Positions 1 through 10,046 of a stretch of DNA of 64,000 nucleotides are shown in pieces. The stretch spans positions 832,001-896,000 of the forward strand of contig CAWJTV010000011.1 of NCBI GenBank assembly GCA_963845755.1, read 5' to 3'. This DNA is from an uncultured Planctomycetota bacterium. GTDB lineage: Bacteria; Planctomycetota; Planctomycetia; Isosphaerales; Isosphaeraceae. The number at the start of each line of letters is the position of its first letter. Positions within the stretch are counted from its first letter, which is position 1. The position numbers and the translations under genes are program-made. A model generated the notes under the pieces. It was not told where the DNA came from, did not search any database, and saw only the letters and a program-made list of their open reading frames with translations.

Positions 1-2326
1 CAGCGCGAGACCCGGCGCGGGCGTGCCGGACTCCGGCTGTCCGACCGCGCGGCGCTCTGGAACGCCAAGCCCGAGAACCGGCACCTGCCCTCGGTGCTCG
101 AGTGGGCGAACATCCGGCTGCTGACGAGGAAGCCGGACTGGACCGAAGCCCAGCGAGCCATGATGAAGCGGGCCGGCCGGGTGCATGGCCTGAGAGGGCT
201 GGGCCTGGCCATCGCCGCCGTGATCGTCGCCGCCGTGGTTCTCGATGTCCGCCGGCGCATCGACGAAGACAAGCAGGCCACCATCGCCGACAACCTGGTC
301 CAGCGCCTGCTCGTCGCCGAGACGACCCAGGTCCCGGACCTCGTCAGGGCGCTGGATCGCTACCGCCGCTGGGCAGACCCGGCATTGAAGCGCGTCGTCG
401 CAGACCCCGGCACGATCCCCGGGCGAAACTCCACGCCAGCCTGGCGCTGCTGCCCGTCGATCCGAGCCAGGCCGCATACGTGGAGGAGCGGCTCCCCGAC
501 GCCGGGCCAAAGGACTTGCCGGTCCTCCGAACCGCGCTCTGGGATTTCCGCGACCGCGTGGCCCCGAAGCTCTGGCAGGATCTGGATTCGGCCCGGCCCG
601 ACGACTCGCAAGTCCGGCCCGTCGCCGGCGCATTGGCCGCTTACGATCCCCAGAGTCCCCGCTGGGCAGACCTCGGCGACAAGGTGGCCGGGGCCCTCGT
701 CACGGTCAACTTCATTTATCTCCAGGACTGGCTGGATGACCTGCGCAGGTCCATGCGACGCTGAATCCGCACCTGTCACGGATCTTCAGGGACAAGACCC
801 GAACCGCCGCCGTGCACACCCAGGCGACGAACATCCTGGCCGATTACGCCAAGGACGATCCCTCCCTCCTGGCCAGCCTCATCATGGACGCCGACCCGGA
901 AACGTTCGCGCGGCTCTTCCTCGTCGCCGAGAAGCTGGCGGACGCGACTTCAGCCGGGTTCCAGGCCGAACTCCGCAAGACGACGCCAGCCGAGGACGAA
1001 CCGGCCAAGGACGCGCTGGCCGAGCGTCAGGCTCGCGGCGCGGTGGCCCTTCTTCGGCTGGGGCACGCCGATGCACTGTGGCCGCTCCTGAAGCACAGCG
1101 CCGATCCCCGGCTGCGGAGCTATATCGTCAACTGGCTGAGTCCCCTCGGGGCCGACCCGAAACCGCTCGTCGTCAAGCTCGAACGCCTGAATTCACTCCC
1201 TCGCCACGCGGAGCGGGGAGAGGGTGGCCGAAGGCCGGGTGAGGGGTCTTCGAGCCCGCCACCAAGAAGATGGACGAGATCCTCTTCCACCCCGAGACCT
1301 CCCAGCGGCGGGCCCTGATCCTGGCCCTGGGCACTTACAAGACCGGCGGCCTGTCGCGGGAAGAGCGCGACCCGCTCATCGCCAGGCTGCTCGACCTCTA
1401 CGAGAATGATCCCGACGCCGGCATCCACGGCGCGGCCGAGTGGGTCCTGCGGCAGTGGGAGCAGCAGCCGAAGCTCCGGCAGATCGATGACCGGCTGAAA
1501 GGCCAGGATAAGGGTGATCGCCGCTGGTTCATCAACAAGCAGGGACAGACCTTCGTCATCGTTGAGGGGCCGCTCGAGTTCCGCATGGGCTCACCCGCTA
1601 ACGAGCCCGAACGATTCTCCACCGAGCCGCTCCACCGCGAAAAGATCCCCTACCGCTTCGCCATCGCCGCCAAGGAGGTGACCCTCGAGCAAGGTCAGCC
1701 TTACTCCTCGCTGGCTCTCCAGGATGCGGAGATCAAACAGTATGGTCTCACGCCGGACCATCCCATCATCGCCGTGAACTGGTTCGACGCGGCGGCCTAT
1801 TGCAACGCGCTGAGCGAGAAGGAGGGCCTGACCGAGAACGAGTGGTGCTACCGCAAGAATGACCAGGGGAACTACGCCGAGGGCATGCGGATCAAGGCCG
1901 ACGCCGGGAAGCTCAAAGGCTACCGCATCCCGACCGAGGCCGAGTGGGAATATGCGTGCCGGGCGGGGGCACTGACCAGCCGGTATTACGGGAACGCGAA
2001 GAGCCTGCTGGACCACTATGCCTGGTATCTCGCGAATTCGGGCGATCCGAGCCAGCCCCGCGGCTGTGCGCGAACGCTGCCCAACGATCTGGGACTGTTC
2101 GACATGCTGGGGAATGTCCATGAATGGTGCCAGGATCGGTACGGCTCCGAGCCTGATCGCAAGGAGGCAAACTTGGATGCAATCATCGATGCAAGCCCTC
2201 GTCTGCTTCGGGGCGGGGCGTTCTCCAATCATACCGGCGGACGTCCGCTCGGCGAACCGTTACAGGAACGCGCCCGCGAACCGCAACATCAACATCGGTT
2301 TCCGCCCCTCCAGGACTTATAACTGA
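1..2326 (+). CDS. 3' part of a large SUMF1/FGE-sulfatase (C-type lectin fold) domain protein, probably a Ser/Thr-kinase or NTPase fusion; 5' end outside the window; several frameshifts
   Basis: Coding frame passes through ORFs 94, 102, 812, 1270 and 2018. FGE motifs: FRMGSP, VNWFDAAAYCN, YRIPTEAEWEYACRAG, PNDLGLFDMLGNVHEWC, RLLRGGAF, RSANR...NIGFRPSRTY*. Confidence 0.85.
1196..1246. repeat. REP-like palindromic element inside the coding sequence
   Basis: CCCTCGCCACGC-GGA-GCGGGGAGAGGG imperfect hairpin, followed by GGCCGAAGGCC and GGGTGAGGGG. Confidence 0.6.
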
Positions 2327-2540
2327 ACACTTTTACACTTTTACCACTTCCGCCTTTTGATGTTTACGTGGCTTGGGTGAATTGGTATTGTCCCACCCGG
2401 CGTAGCCGGGTCGGCACGTCGCCACCCGCGGCGTGTTCCACAAGTGATCGCACGTTCATAATTTCAAGTCAGGATCGATGAGTCCGGCAAGGTTCGAGGG
2501 CACCACACCTTGGGCTCTCCGCGTTGAGGGTCGCCCTCGC

Positions 2541-3005
2541 TCATGGGATGATGTGGGCCCAGTGTTGTGCGTCGACATATCGCGCGAGGTGTTTCACGTT
2601 ATCGGTTGCCACGACGAGGCGATCCTGAAGCCCCGTGAAGAGCAGTGCCTGAGCGGCCAGGATGACATCGGCGTCGATCCCTTTGTCGTCGGCGGTGCCG
2701 AGCCCTTTTCTCCGCGCGTCGGCCCAGAGTTCGGCGGCCTTGCGCATCGCTGCGGTGGTGATCGGGATGTAACGCCCGAGATCGATCCTCAACTGGTCAA
2801 GCCGCCGGATGCCGTCGAGCGCTCCATCCCAAAGAAGTCCGCGTCTGACCTCATAGTCGGCGATCTCGGGGATGGCGATCAGCGCTCCGTTGGCCCTGGC
2901 CTGATGGTGCCAGAGTGTTAGGCGTTCCACATCAGGATGGCCGCGTTTGCGGCAGGCGTCTCCCAATGGTCCTGTATCCAGGACGATGATCCGCGCCACA
3001 ATCAT
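2541..3005 (-). CDS. PIN-domain (VapC-like) ribonuclease
   Basis: IIVLDTGPLG ... IPEIADYEVRRGLL ... IDADVILAAQA ... VVATDNVKHL carries the PIN acidic residues. Confidence 0.85.
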   Translation of the reverse strand: MIVARIIVLDTGPLGDACRKRGHPDVERLTLWHHQARANGALIAIPEIADYEVRRGLLWDGALDGIRRLDQLRIDLGRYIPITTAAMRKAAELWADARRKGLGTADDKGIDADVILAAQALLFTGLQDRLVVATDNVKHLARYVDAQHWAHIIP

Positions 3006-3391
3006 CCTCCTTGCGGGATCAGGGCGGCGGTTTCTTCCGGGGCTCCCACGGGCTCATCGATCCCGATGTCGAGGGTGGCCAGCCCGGTCGAGGCCAGCCT
3101 CGCGAATCGCTCCCAGGTGGGCTTGGAGAAGATGCCACCAAAATGGCGGCCCGTCGGCCGGAATTGCACGGGGTCGATGTCGCTCTGATCGCGAAACACC
3201 TTGAAGTACCTAGGCTCCGAGGTTGACACGCAGAGGATCTCCTCGAGTGAACCGCGATCGGCCGTCCAGGTGCCATAGAGGGGTGCGGCATCGAGCGCAA
3301 CCCCTTCCTGGACCTCCCAGGGATTATCTTCCGGCCGTTCGGACACGAAGACGATCGTGTTGAGCGGCTCGATGGTGACAGCGTACAGCAT
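3002..3391 (-). CDS. Hypothetical protein translationally coupled to the PIN gene; candidate antitoxin
   Basis: GAGGAG RBS before the ATG at 3391. Stop overlaps the PIN start (ATGA at 3002-3005). Confidence 0.6.
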   Translation of the reverse strand: MLYAVTIEPLNTIVFVSERPEDNPWEVQEGVALDAAPLYGTWTADRGSLEEILCVSTSEPRYFKVFRDQSDIDPVQFRPTGRHFGGIFSKPTWERFARLASTGLATLDIGIDEPVGAPEETAALIPQGG

Positions 3392-4147
3392 GATCGAGTC
3401 TCCTCGAGGATGGATCATCGGCCACTTCCTCATGGGATCCATGATAGCCGAGATCGCATCCGGAGTCGAAGCCGGGCCGCGCCTTCATTCTTTCCGATCT
3501 TTCGAATGACTGAAGACCTTCAATCGCGTCGCGAGTTGGCAGTAGGGCCGATCGTAGGTCAGGCAGTTGACCTTCCGGCTCGCGACGATGGTCTGCTCGC
3601 TCCGCCAGGTCAACCGATCGCGGAGCGGGGCCTGCTCGAGGAAGCGGTCCCGACCGATGACCAGCAGCGCGACGAATTGGATGGACGGCACTCCGAACCG
3701 CGTGGTGTACGCGGTCGTGCCCCTCTGGTTGTCGAGCCACAAGATCCAGTCGATGATCTGGCTGAACCCGCGCTCGAAACGAGCCGACCAGCCGGGGGTG
3801 GCCTTGGACGACTTCTTGAAGCTGCTGGTCTCGGTCGCATCTTCGAATTCGACGAAGCAATACTCGTGATTCTGGGAATCCCCGATCACTAGGTCGGCCT
3901 TGTGGTCGCCGAAGATGTCGAACTCGAAGGCGATCCGGTCCGTGTGGGCGATCATGTTGTTGCAGGTTCCGATGAGATCTTCTCGAGTGAACCGCGATCG
4001 GCCGTCCAGGTGCCATAGAGGGGTGCGGCATCGAGGCGCAACGCCTTCGTGGACCTCCCAGGGATTGTCTTCCGGCCGTTCGGCCGCGAAGACGATCGTG
4101 TTGAGCGGTTCGATAGTGATGGCGTAAAGCACGATCGCGTCTCCTCG
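3236..4147. repeat. About 170-bp imperfect direct repeat (3236-3406 and 3976-4147)
   Basis: Both copies contain CTCGAGTGAACCGCGATCGGCCGTCCAGGTGCCATAGAGGGGTGCGGCATCGAG and GGACCTCCCAGGGATT. Confidence 0.95.
3485..4132 (-). CDS. Shedu/DUF4263-like PD-(D/E)XK nuclease domain with a chimeric N-terminus
   Basis: DRIAFEFDIFGDHKADLVIGDS..YCFVEFEDA ... RFERGFSQIIDW ... LLVIGR ... CLTYD matches the DUF4263 pattern. GTG start with GAGGAG RBS lies inside a duplicated segment. Confidence 0.75.
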   Translation of the reverse strand: MLYAITIEPLNTIVFAAERPEDNPWEVHEGVAPRCRTPLWHLDGRSRFTREDLIGTCNNMIAHTDRIAFEFDIFGDHKADLVIGDSQNHEYCFVEFEDATETSSFKKSSKATPGWSARFERGFSQIIDWILWLDNQRGTTAYTTRFGVPSIQFVALLVIGRDRFLEQAPLRDRLTWRSEQTIVASRKVNCLTYDRPYCQLATRLKVFSHSKDRKE

Positions 4148-4396
4148 CAGACAGGCGGAAGCCCTGGCTGCGGCCGCGGCCCGCGCCGCCGAACCTCTGG
4201 CCCGCGCTGGAGCCGAGGACTGCATTCGTGAGCGAGAAGCCGAGCTCAAGCGATTGCACAACCGGAAAAATCGATAAAGTCGCACCTATTCGGGCTCGCG
4301 CAATGCCGCGCAATCCACAGCTTATTATTTTTTTCGTTTTTTCTCATCTGCCGCCCCGGTCGAGAGTTGGGGAGGCCGAAGTCGTCATTTTCGCAA

Positions 4397-4446
4397 TAGG
4401 TGCATTAACGTTTTCTGAAAGTTGAGGCATACTAATATTTGTAGAG
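4397..4446 (+). repeat. About 50-bp AT-rich dispersed element; second copy inverted at 33921-33968
   Basis: TAGGTGCATT-N10-GAAAGTTGAGGCAT-N-CTAA..GTAGAG is present in both copies. Confidence 0.8.
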
Positions 4447-4743
4447 CGCGCGTCAAACCACATCGCCCCACTCGCCCCGGAACCAAGCTGGATGCATCCG
4501 CGATGCCCGTCCTCGACCTCCTGCCTTCGAGGGACGGCCCAGCACCGCCTGCGCGCGCAGTGCGCCCACCCGGCAGGGGGTCCCGCCCGAACGTGTTGCC
4601 GGCACGGAAGATCGGTGAGGGCGACCCTTCCAAAAACTGTCTATTTGTGCCATCCAGGGCTACCTTTCTCGGGGGCTGATGCCCACCCTCGAGACCGGAC
4701 CGGCCGAATGCCCCTCTTGCGGACCGAGTGCATCCCGTACGGC

Positions 4744-6050
4744 TCAGACCTTCTTGATCGGGCTGGGCGTCCGATCGCCGAGGCCGAAGAGGTGGCGGAC
4801 GGCGTCGAAGAAGGAGTGGGGGTGGTCGTGGTGTGGCTCGGTCATGGCCGAGCGGACGGCCGCCCGCGGGTGGTGGAGGAACTGGTTCTGAAGGCGCATC
4901 ATCGTGTGAGCGATCGCCTCACGGTCGGCCTCGCTGAGGTCCGGCCGGGCGGCGAAGAGCTTGTTCAGCTCGCCGAGGCGGATCGAGTCGTAGCTGCTGC
5001 CCAGCTCCTGGAGGATGTGGCCGGCGTCGTGCTGGTGGCGGAGCAGGGCATAGCAAGTGGTCGTCTCGCGCTCGATGATCGCCAGCGCGGGGTCGATCCC
5101 CTTCTGCCGCTGGAGCCGGTTCTGTTCGGCCTGGGCGCGGAGGTCATCCACGTGATAGAGCATCACTTGATCAAGTTCACCGATCCGCGGGTCGAAGTCG
5201 CGAGGGATGGCGATGTCGAGGATCAGGGCCAGGCGATTCCGCCGCGCGCTGGACCCGCTGATATTGCTCGAGCGTGACCACCGGCTCGTTCGCCGCCGTG
5301 GTGCTGATGACCAGGTCGGCGTCGACCAGGGCCTGGCCCAGCCGCTCGAACGGCACGGCGCGGCCGCCCCAGCGCGCCGCGGCCGATTCGGCCTTCTCCG
5401 CGCTGCGGTTGGTCACCAGGATCGTCCCCGGGTTCAGGCCCTTGAGGTGCTGCAAGGTGGTCTCGCCCATCTTCCCCACGCCGATCACGAGCACCGTCTT
5501 ATCGGCGAACGAGTCGAAGACCTCGCGGGCCACGTTGACCGCGACGCTGGCGACCGACAGCTTCCCCTGGTCCATGCCGGTCTGGGCGCGGACCACCTTG
5601 CCGACCCGCAGCGCCGCCTGGAACACGTTGTGGAAGATCGGGCCGACCGTCTTGCACGCGTCGGCGGCCTTGTACGCGTCGCGCACCTGGCCGAGGATCT
5701 GCCCCTCGCCCAGGACCAGGCTCTCGAGGCTCGCCGCGACCCGGAAGACGTGGCCGACGACCCCCTCATCGTGGTAGCTGACCAGGTGCCCGGCGATGAC
5801 CTCCGCGGCGACCCGGTGGAACTGGACCAGGGCCTCCGTCAGGGCGTTCGACTTCGGGAACCTGCTCCGTGGCGCCGGCGAGGTAGACCTCGACCCGGTT
5901 GCACGTCGACAGGATCACGAGCTCGGTGCCGGGGAACGTTCGCGACAGCCGCTCCAGCCCGGCGGCGCACTGGGGACCGTCGAAGGCGAGCGCCTCGCGG
6001 ACCGAGGCCGGCGACGATCGGTGATCGACTCCCAGGGCCAGCAGTCTCAC
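4744..6050 (-). CDS. hemA: Glutamyl-tRNA reductase (frameshifted in this assembly)
   Basis: LLALGVDHRSSPASVREALAF, VILSTCNRVEVY, SLVLGEGQILGQVRDAY, KLSVASVAV, VLVIGVGKMG, LYHVDDL. Spread over ORFs 5766, 5177 and 4744. Confidence 0.92.
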
Positions 6051-6937
6051 GGCGGCGCCATCCTTCCGGCGGTCTTCGCCGTGCCATGGGCCGTGGGCAA
6101 TCGCAGGGCCTCGACCCCGACCCACGAGAACACCAGGAAACTGAAGGCCACGATCGTCAGGACCATCATGCTCCGGCCGCGCATCGCCGGCCGGAACCGC
6201 GCGTGCAGCAGCCCGGCGAAGACCACCCACATCACCAGCGCGCTCAAGACCTTCGGATCGGTCCAGCGGAGTACGTGCGGGTCGAGGGTCGCGGTGGCAT
6301 GGCCGTCGCCTCGCGTGGCGAGGCTCAACACCACGCCGATCAACAGCCCGAAGGTCAACAGGGGAAACGCCACCGTGATCGCGCCACGGTTGATCCGCTC
6401 CGATTGTTCGAGGCTCGGCAGCGCCAGCCCGGTGCGCGACGGCCGCTTGGCCTTGAGCCGCCGCATCTGCGCCAGGTACATCAGCCCGGCGAGGAACGCC
6501 ACGCAGGTAAACACCCCACCGCCCAGGAGGAAGATCCCGTGCACCGTTCCCCAGAAGCGGACGGTGCCTCCCCAGTCGACCCAGTCGGACTGCCGCGGCG
6601 CAAAACCGCCCGCGCCGACCACCAGGCCCAGCACCAGCGGAAGGACGAACATCCCCACGGCCACCGGTTTGGGCGAGCGGACCATCAGGTATAGCCCGAT
6701 CAGGGCCACGATCCAGGACAGCAGCATCAGCGAGCCGAACGCCGTCGCGACCGGCGCCATCGGGTCCTTCCGCGCCATGCTGGCCAGGAAGGCCGACTGG
6801 ACCAGCCAGCCCAGCGCCATCAACCCGGCCGCCACGTACCAGCGGATGGCGCTGCGGACGAAGAATCGCGCCAGCTCCGCCACCAGGGCCAGCGCATACG
6901 TCCCCGCGAAACAGAGGACCGACAAGCGATCGATCAC
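6047..6937 (-). CDS. ccsA: Cytochrome c biogenesis CcsA/HemX-family membrane protein
   Basis: Multiple TM helices; HGIFLL, LPSLEQSERIN, WTDPKV motifs; overlaps the hemA start. Confidence 0.8.
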   Translation of the reverse strand: MIDRLSVLCFAGTYALALVAELARFFVRSAIRWYVAAGLMALGWLVQSAFLASMARKDPMAPVATAFGSLMLLSWIVALIGLYLMVRSPKPVAVGMFVLPLVLGLVVGAGGFAPRQSDWVDWGGTVRFWGTVHGIFLLGGGVFTCVAFLAGLMYLAQMRRLKAKRPSRTGLALPSLEQSERINRGAITVAFPLLTFGLLIGVVLSLATRGDGHATATLDPHVLRWTDPKVLSALVMWVVFAGLLHARFRPAMRGRSMMVLTIVAFSFLVFSWVGVEALRLPTAHGTAKTAGRMAPP

Positions 6938-7073
6938 GCCGACACTCCCGGCATGCCTACCCCCTCCCGGGGCTTTCCTCCATCCTTCCCCGACCCGGTC
7001 CATTGTAAGCGGGCGCGGCGGGAAAACCCAGACCTCGATGGTGGTGGGCGGTGAGAACGGATCGGTACCGTCT

Positions 7074-8378
7074 TTACTCGCGCATTGCCCCGCGACCCTC
7101 GATCCGACCGAAGGCCGCGAGGCCGAGGCCGAAGGTTGCCAGCAGGGCGTAGAAACCCATCGACGGGGCGCCGAGCATGAAAGCGGGCGAGGCGGTGTGG
7201 AATGGCTTCCCGATCGCGGCCAGCTCCATCATCGTCTTCGGGGGAAGGCCGAAAATGACCAGGACGAGGACCAGGAGGACCGGGATCCGCGGCGACTTCG
7301 CGGCGGCGCGGGCGAGGACGGTGATCGGGATCAAAAGGAGAGGGATCGAATAGTCCCAGGTGACGGGCGAGACCAGGAGCATGGCCGTCACGGCCGAGCC
7401 GTAGGCGAGGTCGCGACCCGCCGGCGTCTTCGCCCGATGAGCGAGTACCACCACGACGGCCGTGACGACCAGGTCGGACACAAGTGTGCCGTAGCGGGCG
7501 ACGGCCGAGCTCGGCCAGAGCGGTGTGATCCGTCCCTGTTCACCGACCGGGTCGAACAGCTTGTACCAGAACCCGGATAGCGACAGGTTGAAGCCGTAGC
7601 TCCGGAACTTTTCCAGGGTGGGCAGGACGATTCGCACATAGTCGTCATAGGTCTCCCAGCCCAGGATGGCGATCGTCGCGAGGTTCAGGGCGGCGAAGGC
7701 CGCGCCGGCGGCGATCAGAGCGCGCCAGCGGCGCCGGGCGGCGAGGTAGATCGCGATGTAGGCGGGAAACAGCTTGATCGCGGCGGCCAGGCCGATCAAT
7801 GCCCCGGCGGCGGCGGGCCGGTCCGATCGGTCGAGTGCCCAGCTCGCCGTCACCAGGAACACCAGGACCATCGTGAGCTGACCCTGCTGGAAATTCCCGT
7901 AGACCGGTAGGCAGAGTGGCAGTAGGGCGGCGACGGGCAAGAACAGGGCCTTGAGCTCGGGCAGCGACGCGGCGACGATCGCCAGGCTTGCCAGGAAAGC
8001 GACCAGCGAGATCATGTTCCAGGCCAGCATCGCATCGGACAGATCGAGCCCTGCCAGGGGTAAGGCGAGCAGCACCGAGGTTGGCGGGTGGGCATTATAC
8101 GCGATGTCGCTCTCTTCGTCCGATTGCGGGCGTCCGAGATACAGGGGGATCGTTCTGGAATGGAGCGTATAAACGGGGAGTCCGCCCCGGTAGTTCTTGG
8201 CCGAGGCCCAATCCTGGAAAAAATCCGGCCTGGATTTCGTGGCAGGCCGAAGGATCCTGGCGTACGCCGGACCGAGCCCGACCCAGGCTCCGGCGGCCAG
8301 GACCAGACACAAGATGCTCGCCGTGCGCCAGAGCCCTGTGGCATCTTGCCCGAAACCCTGTGCCCCAGAACGGCCCAT
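7074..8378 (-). CDS. Glycosyltransferase family 87 (DUF2029) membrane protein
   Basis: PDFFQDWASA, YNAHPPTSVLL, NFQQGQL, AAAIKLFP, SPVTWDY; polytopic. Confidence 0.85.
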   Translation of the reverse strand: MGRSGAQGFGQDATGLWRTASILCLVLAAGAWVGLGPAYARILRPATKSRPDFFQDWASAKNYRGGLPVYTLHSRTIPLYLGRPQSDEESDIAYNAHPPTSVLLALPLAGLDLSDAMLAWNMISLVAFLASLAIVAASLPELKALFLPVAALLPLCLPVYGNFQQGQLTMVLVFLVTASWALDRSDRPAAAGALIGLAAAIKLFPAYIAIYLAARRRWRALIAAGAAFAALNLATIAILGWETYDDYVRIVLPTLEKFRSYGFNLSLSGFWYKLFDPVGEQGRITPLWPSSAVARYGTLVSDLVVTAVVVVLAHRAKTPAGRDLAYGSAVTAMLLVSPVTWDYSIPLLLIPITVLARAAAKSPRIPVLLVLVLVIFGLPPKTMMELAAIGKPFHTASPAFMLGAPSMGFYALLATFGLGLAAFGRIEGRGAMRE

Positions 8379-8486
8379 TGTACCGCCCCTTCGACCCCAC
8401 CACCGGCGCGGTCCGTCCGCGCACTCAACTCTAGGACATGGATGGCGATCCTGCCGTTCGTCCCGGGCGGCTCTGGGACGGGACCT

Positions 8487-9923
8487 TCAGGGACTCACCT
8501 CCAGCGACGTCTCCGCGCGGAGGAGACCGGCGAGCGGGCCGGAGTCGAATTCGACGGTGATCTTGGCCGTTCCTGGGGATTGCGACTGGGGCACTCGGAC
8601 CGAGGCCGGGCAGAAGGTGCCTCAGGCGAAGCCCGAGTGCGCGGTGGCGAGGGTCTGGTCGCCGGCCGTCTGGAGGGCGACCTGGGCGCCCAGGGTCTCC
8701 TGGAGGGCCGGCGAGGCCGGCGCACCGCGATAGCCGATGTTGATCAACAGCCCGTCGCCGGTGTAGAGCAACGGCTGCAAGTCCACGTCCTCGCCGGGCC
8801 TGGCACGCTTCGCCGGGTTGTCGGTCAAGTGGACCTCGAAGCTCGGCGTGCCGATCGGGTCGATCGCGACCGTGCCGTGTTTCTCGACCTTGTACCAGCG
8901 GGGCTCTCCCTTGGCTCCGTTGTCGGAGAAGATGAACGACCATCGCTGGCCGCCCCTGGGATCGTCGAGCGCGATCGTCACCGTGCCCAGGCGGTACTCG
9001 CCGACCGGGACCGTGGCCGGCTCGGTGCCGGAGAGGCCGTAAACCGAGCCATCGCGACCCAGGGCGGTGGCGTGCACCTCGACGGACTCGGCACTCTTGC
9101 TGGCCGCCCCTTTCCAGGCCAATCGCAGCGTGCCGACGCCCACCAGCTTTTCAATGGCGAGTCGGCTGCCCAGCTCGTCCGAGCGGACGACGTATCGCGC
9201 GCCGTCCAGGTTGAGAACCGTGGCGAAGAGGAACTGCTCGGCGGACGGGTCGAAGCGGCCGTCGGCGTTGAGGTCGATCCAGAGCCGGTCCTGGCCGTCG
9301 GACACCAGGCCGTTGCCGTCGCCATCGGCGCGGTGCGCGGCCAGATGGCGGACCGGGGAGTTCGTCGAGCCCGTGCCCGGATCGCCGAGCGCGACCGTCC
9401 CTTCGAGATAGCCGGCCGCGGCGTAGCCGAGCGTTCGGCCGCTCGCGCCGAGCCGGAATACCACGGCGCGGGGGATGGTCCGGGTGATCTCCTTGTCGAC
9501 CATCGCCACCTCGAGCGGCAATCGCCAGACGCGCTCGCGACGCGAGCCGGTCGCCGCGGGCGCGGGGGTGACGCGGTCGCGCTCGTCGATCCGCCGGTTG
9601 CGGTCGGAATCGACGTAGAGGTCGACCTCACCCGGCGCGACCTCGTCGAGCACGACGGTGGCCCGGATCGAGCCCGCGCTGCCGAATCGAATCTGGGCGT
9701 AACGACGGCGCGAGGAATCGCCGCGATAGCGGATCTTCTCGAACAGGTCCTCGGGCTTCTCGCGGCTCAGCACCAGCGCGCGGAACGGGGCGTGCTCGAA
9801 CGGATCGCCCGCCGCCGGGAGCACGAATCGCCAGGCCGGCGCGGTCGACGGTTTGTCGGAACCATCGCCGACCCCGGTCATTGCCAGTGCCAGCACGGTC
9901 AAAGGGACGAGATTCATGAGCAT
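8487..9923 (-). CDS. Secreted hypothetical protein with in-frame UGA at 8622-8624; candidate selenoprotein (478 aa with readthrough, 433 aa without)
   Basis: Signal peptide and EF-hand-like DxDxN/DxNxDG loops. ...HSGFA-TGA-GTFCPASVRVP... stays open for 44 more codons to TGA at 8487. Confidence 0.7.
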
Positions 9924-10046
9924 CGCCTTCTCTGTTGCTCAGAGGTTAATATCGTCATGGTCTCCTCACGAAACGAATCGGTCTCCGCCCGCTCCGCGAC
10001 GCGGTGGAACCGGCGCGAGGGCATTCGCGCCCGCACCAGCTCCATT

